Of a stretch of DNA of 64,000 nt, positions 57,115-64,000 are shown in pieces. The stretch's first letter is position 1. Each line of letters starts with the position of its first letter. The notes beneath the pieces were generated by a model that made no database searches, had not been told where the DNA came from, and saw only the letters and a list, made by a program, of their open reading frames with translations. A program made the position numbers and the translations under genes. This DNA is from an uncultured Barnesiella sp. (GTDB taxonomy: Bacteria > Bacteroidota > Bacteroidia > Bacteroidales > Barnesiellaceae_A). The stretch spans positions 68,685 through 132,684 of the forward strand of contig CALUJY010000008.1 of the NCBI GenBank assembly GCA_944321085.1, given 5' to 3'.

Positions 57115-58437
57115 ATGGCATCATATCATGCAGGTAATCGCGACTCGTTTGCGTCATCTTTCGGTGTGCTCATGGCATTGGTCGGTTCGGCAATAGGTTT
57201 GGGCAATCTGTGGAGGTTTCCCTATTTGGCCGGCGTCAATGGCGGTGCAGCATTCATTATTATCTATATAGCTTTTGTCTTTATCATCTGCCTGCCCATC
57301 ATGCTTGCCGAGTTTGTGGTGGGGCGGCGCAGTCATGCCAACACGTACGGTGCATTCAGCGTTCTTGCACCCGGCAGCCGTTGGTCTATGATTGGTATCA
57401 TTACCGTTGCTGCAGCAAGTATCATATTGGCATTTTACAGTGTGGTTGGCGGATGGACGGCCGATTATCTGGTGTCGGCGCTTATATTCAATCTGCCCGA
57501 GAGCAATGCAACGTCGGCCTTCTTCCGTGAAGTGACGACATCGCCTGTGCGACCGCAACTTTTCACGGCGCTATTTCTTGTCCTTACGGCCGGAGTGCTT
57601 ATGACAGGTATAAAGAATGGTATAGAGAAGTACTCCAAGATACTTATGCCCATACTTTTTATTGTGGTTATCATCATTGCCGTGCGCTCTGTCAGTCTTC
57701 CCGGTGCCGGCAGCGGCATCGAGTTCCTTTTCAAACCCGATTTCTCGAAAGTGACCGGAACGACGATATTGGAAGCGCTTGGACAGGCCTTTTTTTCGTC
57801 GAGTATAGGTATCGGTACCATCCTTACCTACGCATCGTATGTCAATAAGCAGGAAAATATCATCAGTACATCGTTTCTTACGTCGTTGTCAAACGTCATT
57901 TTTGCGCTCATTGCCGGAGTGGCCATCATGCCGGCTGTCTTTGCTTTCGGTTTGTCGCCCGAGGAAGGCCCCGGGTTGGCATTCACGACATTGCCGCAAG
58001 TATTCGACCAGCTGCCCGGCGGAGGACTCATTGCCATTTTGTTTTTCTTCATGATGCTTGTGGCTGCGCTTACCTCGTCGATTTCGTTGCTCGAAGTTCC
58101 GGTAACGTATTTGGTCGAAGAGTTTAAGCTCCCCCGCAAAGCTGCCGTAGCCATAGCTTTTACCCTGTGCCTTGTTATGGCGATGTTCTGCTCGCTCTAT
58201 GAGGCGGTGTTTAATTTCTGCGATAGCCTTACGGCAAATTATCTGATGCCCATCGGCGCGTTGCTCTTGGTTATTTTTGTGGGCTGGCGTATGAAGAAAG
58301 CCGATGTCGAAGACGAGCTTTCCAATAGTTGCTCGCTGCCATATCCGCGTTGGCTCTACGACACCATTTATTATCTGTTGCGTTATCTTGCGCCGGTAGT
58401 TATTGTGGTGGTACTTCTCTACGGTTTGTTGTCGTGA
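57115..58437 (+). CDS. sodium-dependent transporter (neurotransmitter:sodium symporter family)
   Basis: 440 aa. GSAIGLGNLWRFPY hallmark and about 11-12 TM segments. Confidence 0.9.
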   Translation: MASYHAGNRDSFASSFGVLMALVGSAIGLGNLWRFPYLAGVNGGAAFIIIYIAFVFIICLPIMLAEFVVGRRSHANTYGAFSVLAPGSRWSMIGIITVAAASIILAFYSVVGGWTADYLVSALIFNLPESNATSAFFREVTTSPVRPQLFTALFLVLTAGVLMTGIKNGIEKYSKILMPILFIVVIIIAVRSVSLPGAGSGIEFLFKPDFSKVTGTTILEALGQAFFSSSIGIGTILTYASYVNKQENIISTSFLTSLSNVIFALIAGVAIMPAVFAFGLSPEEGPGLAFTTLPQVFDQLPGGGLIAILFFFMMLVAALTSSISLLEVPVTYLVEEFKLPRKAAVAIAFTLCLVMAMFCSLYEAVFNFCDSLTANYLMPIGALLLVIFVGWRMKKADVEDELSNSCSLPYPRWLYDTIYYLLRYLAPVVIVVVLLYGLLS

Positions 58438-58571
58438 TGGCGGATTATGACGATGTGAGAGGCGGTGTGTTATAGAATATAAGCGTCTTCTTTTATCCTA
58501 TAAGCAATTATATGAAGATACAGTTCGATACCCCTATGAGGTGGTATCGGGTATCTTAGGGTTGATAACAG

Positions 58572-58607
58572 AAACAGGCGCGTCATTTTTCGATGACGTG
58601 CCTGTTT
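58572..58607. terminator. bidirectional terminator between the SNF transporter (+) and efp (-)
   Basis: aaacaggcgcgtcat-ttttcg-atgacgtgcctgttt, a 15-bp stem with one mismatch. Confidence 0.6.
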
Positions 58608-58632
58608 GAGAATGGAAACAATGAAATAAAAA

Positions 58633-59199
58633 TTATTCTTTTACGCGCTCTACATAGTCGCCCGTGCGGGTATCTATGCGCACCTTGTCACCGGTGTTGA
58701 TAAAGAGCGGTACACGTACTTCGGCACCGGTCTCTACGGTAGCAGGTTTGAGTGTATTGGTTGCGGTATCGCCTTTTATACCGGGCTCGGTATAAGTTAC
58801 TTCGAGTATAACGCTGGTGGGCATTTCGCATGTGAGGATGGTATCGGTAGCAGCATGTACCATGGCCTCGCAGATGTCGCCCTCTTTAAGGAAGCGTACG
58901 CCTTCGATGCTCTCGCCGGGGATAGAGACTTGCTCGTATGTTTCGGTGTGCATGAAGTTGTAGCCCATATCGTCTTTGTAAAGGAATTGATAGGGGCGAC
59001 GCTCGATGCGTACCTCTTCGACTTTCACACCCGAGTTCCAAGTTTTGTCTATGATACGACCTGTAACGACGTTGCGCAGTTTTGTACGTACAAAGGCGGG
59101 ACCTTTGCCGGGTTTTACATGGAGAAATTCTACAATAAAATAGTAAGTACCGTCAATATCGAGGCACATTCCGTTCTTAAAGTCTGCCGTAGTAGCCAT
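58633..59199 (-). CDS. efp: elongation factor P
   Basis: 188 aa. [17 protein letters not shown]...[15 protein letters not shown]. Confidence 0.95.
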   Translation of the reverse strand: MATTADFKNGMCLDIDGTYYFIVEFLHVKPGKGPAFVRTKLRNVVTGRIIDKTWNSGVKVEEVRIERRPYQFLYKDDMGYNFMHTETYEQVSIPGESIEGVRFLKEGDICEAMVHAATDTILTCEMPTSVILEVTYTEPGIKGDTATNTLKPATVETGAEVRVPLFINTGDKVRIDTRTGDYVERVKE

Positions 59200-59264
59200 A
59201 AAATATATTATTATGTGTTATCGTCAATAGTGGGCGAAAGGCAATGCCCTGATTAAAAGCCCCG

Positions 59265-59272
59265 CAAAGGTA
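59265..59272 (-). promoter_or_regulatory. -7 box TACCTTTG for efp
   Basis: Plus-strand caaaggta, 65 nt upstream of ATG 59199. Confidence 0.4.
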
Positions 59273-59612
59273 TGAAAAAATTGTTATATGACGAAGCCAT
59301 TGTAATAGTTTTTTATGTGCATATAGCGAAATGAAAATAAAAAATAACAGTGCGATGGATAGCATAGAAGGCAGTGCGCGAGTTTGCAATGCGTTTCCGT
59401 AGGGTTGGAAAGCGTTCGGGAGTAGGAGTCTGTTTTCTTGGTTTTATTATTCCTCTTGTGATTACCGATGTGAAGTATTTCTCTTATGATAAACCTCCGA
59501 ATGCTTTTTCGCAAGTCGTTTTTCCTGTTTGCCCGATTAGGCTTGCTGTTTATTGTGAAAACAAGTTTTGAAAAAGAACGTGGATATATTTGCTGGATTG
59601 AAAAAAAGTCGC

Positions 59613-59620
59613 TAATTTTG
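59613..59620 (+). promoter_or_regulatory. -7 box TAATTTTG for rpmH
   Basis: 43 nt upstream of ATG 59664. Confidence 0.45.
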
Positions 59621-59663
59621 CACTCCGATAATCGAAAGAATAATAACATAAAATATCAAGGCA

Positions 59664-59819
59664 ATGAAAAGAACATTCCAACCTTCAAACAGAAAGAGAG
59701 TCAACAAGCATGGCTTTCGCCTGAGAATGTCTACCGCCAACGGTCGTCGCGTGCTTGCCAGCCGTCGCGCCAAAGGCCGCAAGGTTCTCACCGTATCGGA
59801 TGAATTATATAAGAAATAA
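59664..59819 (+). CDS. rpmH: 50S ribosomal protein L34 (not in ORF track)
   Basis: Hand translation gives [51 protein letters not shown], the canonical L34 sequence. Confidence 0.9.
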   Translation: MKRTFQPSNRKRVNKHGFRLRMSTANGRRVLASRRAKGRKVLTVSDELYKK

Positions 59820-59861
59820 ATCGGGCGAACGCCATCGATTGTTATTCGATACCAATAAAAA

Positions 59862-59889
59862 AGACCGCTGTTTTGAGCGGTCTTTTTTA
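59862..59889 (+). terminator. rho-independent terminator of rpmH
   Basis: agaccgct-gttttg-agcggtct followed by tttttt. Confidence 0.75.
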
Positions 59890-60074
59890 TTGTATATACT
59901 GTAACATTTTCTCTCTGGGGCGGGTATTGTTTTTATAACGTGGCATGAGTGCATTTGTAGAGCTGTTCCCTTTGTTTGTCTCAAACCATGCAGGGGTGGG
60001 GACGATATGCCGGTGGAGGGACAGTCGCGGGTCGGACGGTTGCGACCGATACATCAGGGTCGTTGCATTAACAC

Positions 60075-60107
60075 ATCGAGGATGTATCGTATCGATACAT
60101 CCTCGAT
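60075..60107. repeat. perfect 15-bp inverted repeat with 3-nt spacer
   Basis: atcgaggatgtatcg-tat-cgatacatcctcgat, starting 56 nt downstream of the alkaline phosphatase stop. No U-tract on either strand. Confidence 0.8.
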
Positions 60108-60162
60108 ATGGATTCTATGATTCTAACAAAGTCGACCGTTGCCGGTCTCGTAAGCGAAGTGC

Positions 60163-61578
60163 TTATTTCAGGTTGCACAGTTCGCCTATGATGCGCGACA
60201 GGTCGGTATTGTCTAACCATCCGGCCGAGGCAAAACGGTCTGCACCGGCTCCTATGATAAAAAGAGGTACCGGGTTGCCTGTATGGGAATAAGTTGTCCA
60301 GCCGATACCTATCTTGGTTGAGAGCAGTTTGTAGACTGCTGTCGTAAAGGCGTCGAAATCGGCATATAAAGTGTGCTGTTTGCTTGCGCTCTTGTCTATG
60401 ACCGATGTTTGGAATACCGTCATCAAAGCCCCTTTCTCACCTGTCGTTAGTGGTATGACGCTGCCCAAACCCATGCGGTCGGCAAGAAATTTCTCGGCAT
60501 TTTCCCACGTCAGGTTGAGGGGGTCGTTATTGATGCTTTTGCAGAATTCGCTCCAAAAAGCGTTTTTCGATGCGGTGACATGTTGCACATAGTCCATGTG
60601 TTGCTTGTAGGAACTCTCTTTTATACCCATTCCCAAGCCGCCTGTTTCGTGGTCGGCCGTCACGACGATGAGCGTCTCTTTGGGGTGTTGACGATAAAAC
60701 TCATAGGCAAGTCGCACGGCTGCGTCGAACTCTTTGGTTTCGTGTATGACACCGGCTGCGTCGTTAGCATGCGAAAGGTGGTCTATGCCTCCGCCTTCGG
60801 CCATGATGAAAAATCCTTTGCGGTAGTTCTTGTAGAGGTGGTCGATAGCTGCTTCTACCATGCCGGGGAGCGTCATATCGTTGTTGCGGGCATCAATGGC
60901 ATAGTTTATCGTATTTTCGCTTACGGTATCGGCATCGAGCCACAATATGCGGCGGGCATTGGCGGCGACAGCGTCGTCGTATCCGTTCATACCGCGTACG
61001 ACGGTATATCCGGCGGCCTCATATTCGGCAAAGACATTACCGGGTGTACCGGCTTTTACGCCGTAAGGGTCGCGGAAGTATGCGCCGGCAAGGAAGTCAA
61101 ATTCCGAGGCGGCTCCTTGACGTGCTATTTCGAAATAATCGCCACGGTTGGGGCGTGAGGCATAGAATGCTCCCGGAGTGGCATCGTTGAGGCACACACT
61201 GCTCATGATGCCTACGCCGCGTCCGGCTTGTTTCATACGTTTGGCTACCGAGGTGAGTGCAACGGTATCGGCATCCATGCCCAACATGCTGTTGCGTGTC
61301 TTTTTGCCGCAAGCAAGTGCTGTACCGGCAGCAGCCGAGTCGGTCATGTCGTCATCGTATGAAAATGTGGTGATAAGGCTCGTCACGGGGAACTCATAGA
61401 AATGTTGTAAACTGCGGTCGGGGTCGTCAGTATCTTTGTAATAGGTGCGCAACGATTGTACCTGACCGACACCCATGCCGTCGCCGATGAAGAAGAAGAC
61501 ATACTTGGGTGCGGCAGCTGTGCCTGCACTCCATACGAGAGTTGTAAATAACAGAGAGATAAGCCAGATTTTTTTCAT
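60163..61578 (-). CDS. alkaline phosphatase (PhoA family), secreted
   Basis: 471 aa. Signal peptide, FFIGDGMG, active-site TDSAAAGTA, and TADHETGG. Confidence 0.9.
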   Translation of the reverse strand: MKKIWLISLLFTTLVWSAGTAAAPKYVFFFIGDGMGVGQVQSLRTYYKDTDDPDRSLQHFYEFPVTSLITTFSYDDDMTDSAAAGTALACGKKTRNSMLGMDADTVALTSVAKRMKQAGRGVGIMSSVCLNDATPGAFYASRPNRGDYFEIARQGAASEFDFLAGAYFRDPYGVKAGTPGNVFAEYEAAGYTVVRGMNGYDDAVAANARRILWLDADTVSENTINYAIDARNNDMTLPGMVEAAIDHLYKNYRKGFFIMAEGGGIDHLSHANDAAGVIHETKEFDAAVRLAYEFYRQHPKETLIVVTADHETGGLGMGIKESSYKQHMDYVQHVTASKNAFWSEFCKSINNDPLNLTWENAEKFLADRMGLGSVIPLTTGEKGALMTVFQTSVIDKSASKQHTLYADFDAFTTAVYKLLSTKIGIGWTTYSHTGNPVPLFIIGAGADRFASAGWLDNTDLSRIIGELCNLK

Positions 61579-61612
61579 AAGATTATATTGCTATTAATTG
61601 ATTCGGATACGA

Positions 61613-61620
61613 CAAAGATA
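61613..61620 (-). promoter_or_regulatory. -7 box TATCTTTG for the alkaline phosphatase gene
   Basis: Plus-strand caaagata, 34 nt upstream of ATG 61578. Confidence 0.45.
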
Positions 61621-61743
61621 AAATCTTTTTATCAAACTTGCAGGCTGCCCGATGCTGCATTCAGTATCGGGGATGCCCTTTTGTTTCGATACTGCCCGGT
61701 GCCGGGCTGTTATCGCAAAATAGCGGTTGCGCGGTAACAATTT

Positions 61744-61974
61744 TTATAGATTGTCTTGCGAAAGTTCTTCGAGTAGTTTTTTCAGGTCGTTGTCGGTTTC
61801 AGACAATTTGGTTTTGCAATATTGTATCAGTTGCAATGCCCGGGCTGTATATTCGCGTAGCTTGTCTATCTCGCATTGCGGATTTTGCAGATGGGTTACA
61901 AGTTGTTCCAGCTCGGCAATGGCTTGCGTGTATGAGAGCTGAGTCGACGGGGTATTTTCTGTTTCTTTTGTCAT
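61744..61974 (-). CDS. xseB: exodeoxyribonuclease VII small subunit
   Basis: Trimmed to MTKETENTPSTQLSYTQAIAELEQLVTHLQNPQCEIDKLREYTARALQLIQYCKTKL. 76 aa helical hairpin typical of XseB. Confidence 0.75.
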   Translation of the reverse strand: MTKETENTPSTQLSYTQAIAELEQLVTHLQNPQCEIDKLREYTARALQLIQYCKTKLSETDNDLKKLLEELSQDNL

Positions 61975-62061
61975 GGTGCAAGATTGTTGAGGGTATATGT
62001 CGGTCGGATGCGGAGGGGGTGTCGACTCAGGAGAGAGCTGTACCGATGTGCATCTTCTTTG

Positions 62062-62069
62062 CAAAGATA
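62062..62069 (-). promoter_or_regulatory. -7 box TATCTTTG for xseB
   Basis: Plus-strand caaagata, 87 nt upstream of ATG 61974 and inside the track's N-terminal extension. Confidence 0.35.
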
Positions 62070-62206
62070 GCGTAAACGAGCGCAAAACGAAACAATGCGT
62101 GGCTTTAATTTTATGATTCAAGCAAGGTATGCCGCCGTATCGCGATTGTCACGATACGGCGTGCAGCTTTTGTATGAGGTGGCAATGATATGTCGTTGTT
62201 ACGATG

Positions 62207-64000
62207 TCAGCGTTTGCATATATCTTTGAAATCGCAATAGCTGCAATGTTTTTCTGTTTGTGTTTGGGTGAATGGTATTTCGGGGTCGAATATCTCCGTG
62301 AGTACTTCTCCGAGGTGTTTCCGGTATTCATCGGCGATGTCGTCATAATTGTCGAGGCTGCTCTTCCCATAGATGATTTCCCGAGGGAATTGAGGGTCGA
62401 AAAGCATCCTTATTTTATATATTACAGGTTTCAGTTTGCGGGTTTCGGCAGGGAATTTTTTACGATAAAGCTCGCAGTATAGTGCAACTTGGCATATAGC
62501 TTTGTGCGGGTCATCGAGTTTTCGGTCGAAAAGTCTTTCTACACTTGCAAATTGGGTGCTATCTTTTCCCGTTTTGTAGTCTACGATGCGTATCGTGTCG
62601 TCTTGTGCATCGACGCGGTCGATAAATGCCTTGAAGGCGACCTTTCTGCCATCGTCGAGAGGAAAATATGTGTCGGTATCGATGCGAAGCTCCGATGCTA
62701 TGTAGGTAAACGGAGCAAATCCTTTGTCTATGACAAGCGTCTGTTTTATGTATTCTTCTATAATATGTGCAATGATGAGGTATTGCCCGCGCAACGGTTT
62801 GGGACGGGTAGCTTCTTGCGGCGGAGTCTTGAAAAATACGATGGAAAACCACTTTGCTATGAGGCTGTCGATGAACTTGCGGTCTTTCAGTACGGCATTG
62901 AGCATGTCGGCCGTCACGAGTGTTTCGACGTTGCCGGCAATTAAGCGGTCGTATATATCGCGCATTACCCCGTGGTATATGCTGCCGAAGACGCTGCTGT
63001 CGATTGTCTCGCTTATTTCGTCATCTTTCTGTACCTGCTCTACGTATTGCAGATAGAATTGCAGGGGGCAGTTGAGGTAGGTATTTAGTCCCGATGCCGA
63101 CATGCGACGACTTCCGCCTTGAAGAAATTCCGACAAGAGCTTCATCACTCCCGGGCTTTTCTCTACGCTGAGGGCGGTCGGTTTCTCAGCGACAATGTTA
63201 TATGAGATATTCTTCTCGACAATAGAGAGTTGCGGTAAAAGGCGGCTGTAATGGTATTTCAGTTGGTAGATATATCGGCTCATCTCGCCTTTTTTCATCC
63301 CTTCTGTGCGGCTGTCGTAGAGCATAAAGACGTTTTTGGCACGACAGGTCATGCGGTAGAAGTAGTAGGCGTAGATGCTGTCTTGATGTTCGGTCGTTGC
63401 CATATCGAAGCCGCGTCGCAGGTTGTAGGGAATAAAACTCGAAGCGATTTTTTTGGCAGGGAAAACCCCTTCGTTCATCGAGAGGATAATAATATTCTCG
63501 AAGTCGAGCGCGCGTGTTTCCAATACGCCCATGATTTGCAAGCCCGAAAGCGGTTCGCCGTTGAATGGTATTGCAAGGTGTGCCGTTATTTTGTTCAACA
63601 AAGCAAAGTAGGTGTATATGTCGAGACTTGTGCCATGAGCGTTTATCACGTCGTACAATCGTGCAACGGCAAGTCGGTAGTGATACAGATATTCTCGTTC
63701 TATCTGTGTGATGGCTACCGATGTTTCGGCCGTCTCGTTTTCGGTCTCATTTTCAGAAGTCGTGTCGCTGCCGAGAAGGTAATCGATAATCTCTTTCAGG
63801 TAACATCCGGCTTCTTGTGCCGAAGCGATAGGCGTGAATATGCGGGCAAGAAACGGGTGTTGTTGCAAGTCGGTTGAGGAGACATAAGCCTTGTTATATC
63901 GTATCATATCGTCGGCTATGCGTTTGGCCTCATGGGGAATAGCCTCTTTTATAAAATGGTGGTTGAGTATAGCCAATACGTCGGAGTGGTAGAATAACGG
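62207..64000 (-). CDS. PD-(D/E)XK nuclease-family protein, AddB-like (N-terminus beyond window)
   Basis: C-terminal RecB-type nuclease motif IRIVDYKTGK and a cysteine cluster CSYCDFKDIC. The track start at 63976 is a TTG, and the frame stays open to position 64000. Confidence 0.75.
   Translation of the reverse strand, partial: PLFYHSDVLAILNHHFIKEAIPHEAKRIADDMIRYNKAYVSSTDLQQHPFLARIFTPIASAQEAGCYLKEIIDYLLGSDTTSENETENETAETSVAITQIEREYLYHYRLAVARLYDVINAHGTSLDIYTYFALLNKITAHLAIPFNGEPLSGLQIMGVLETRALDFENIIILSMNEGVFPAKKIASSFIPYNLRRGFDMATTEHQDSIYAYYFYRMTCRAKNVFMLYDSRTEGMKKGEMSRYIYQLKYHYSRLLPQLSIVEKNISYNIVAEKPTALSVEKSPGVMKLLSEFLQGGSRRMSASGLNTYLNCPLQFYLQYVEQVQKDDEISETIDSSVFGSIYHGVMRDIYDRLIAGNVETLVTADMLNAVLKDRKFIDSLIAKWFSIVFFKTPPQEATRPKPLRGQYLIIAHIIEEYIKQTLVIDKGFAPFTYIASELRIDTDTYFPLDDGRKVAFKAFIDRVDAQDDTIRIVDYKTGKDSTQFASVERLFDRKLDDPHKAICQVALYCELYRKKFPAETRKLKPVIYKIRMLFDPQFPREIIYGKSSLDNYDDIADEYRKHLGEVLTEIFDPEIPFTQTQTEKHCSYCDFKDICKR

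Noticed and set aside
59200-59663. The 464-bp AT-rich efp/rpmH intergenic region as a possible replication origin, given that rpmH is origin-proximal in many bacteria.
   Set aside because: I found no cluster of DnaA boxes (only one partial match, gtggatat). There is no dnaA, dnaN or rnpA nearby. The two divergent promoter boxes explain much of the AT-richness.
1-64000. CRISPR arrays, IS elements, rRNA, prophage modules, restriction-modification or toxin-antitoxin pairs.
   Set aside because: I saw no regularly spaced direct repeats, no transposase, integrase or reverse-transcriptase-like translations in any frame of the track, and no rRNA-like sequence. The absence rests on reading by eye only, so a repeat finder and an HMM scan should confirm it.

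Overview
This is a 64-kb chromosomal segment that looks like a Bacteroidota (Bacteroidales-type) genome. Three things support that: T9SS C-terminal sorting domains, a DUF4295-like gene after rpmB-rpmG, and Bacteroides-type -7 boxes (TAnnTTTG) in front of almost every inferred operon. GC is roughly 50% by eye.

I recognise about 60 protein genes and one tRNA-Gly(CCC). I saw no rRNA, CRISPR array, transposase, integrase or phage module. All calls come from reading motifs in the supplied translations and the DNA; no searches were run.

Most of the content is housekeeping:
- DNA repair: uvrB, radC, a UDG-family glycosylase, xseB, an AddB-like nuclease.
- Metabolism: fhs, sdaA, threonine dehydratase, bioB, and menaquinone genes split into menBCE and menFD.
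- Translation: rpmB-rpmG, rpmH, rplY-pth-hslR, efp, rimO, ftsY.
- Envelope: a Wza/Wzc pair, two GT2 enzymes, MscS, DedA, MATE and SNF transporters.
- Also sodB and an alkaline phosphatase.

Three real genes are missing from the ORF track. radC (1-635) is open at the left edge. The DUF4295-like gene (37844-37993) and rpmH (59664-59819) are shorter than 60 aa. Many track ORFs carry spurious N-terminal extensions, which I trimmed where a -7 box or a signal peptide indicates the real start.

The regions most worth a second look are:
1. A tightly packed TlpA / beta-barrel / Omp28-like / T9SS-cargo operon beside DsbD (12.0-20.0 kb). It places CxxC thioredoxin-fold proteins in every envelope layer.
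2. A lower-GC cassette of two overlapping radical-SAM genes (DUF5131/Gp37-like plus SplB-like) with a divergent AraC regulator (29.0-31.6 kb).
3. An 854-aa orphan ORF wedged between menE and the rpmB operon (34.6-37.1 kb).
4. A very AT-rich islet with two tandem YbjN-like paralogues (24.7-26.0 kb).

None of these can be proven novel from the sequence alone.
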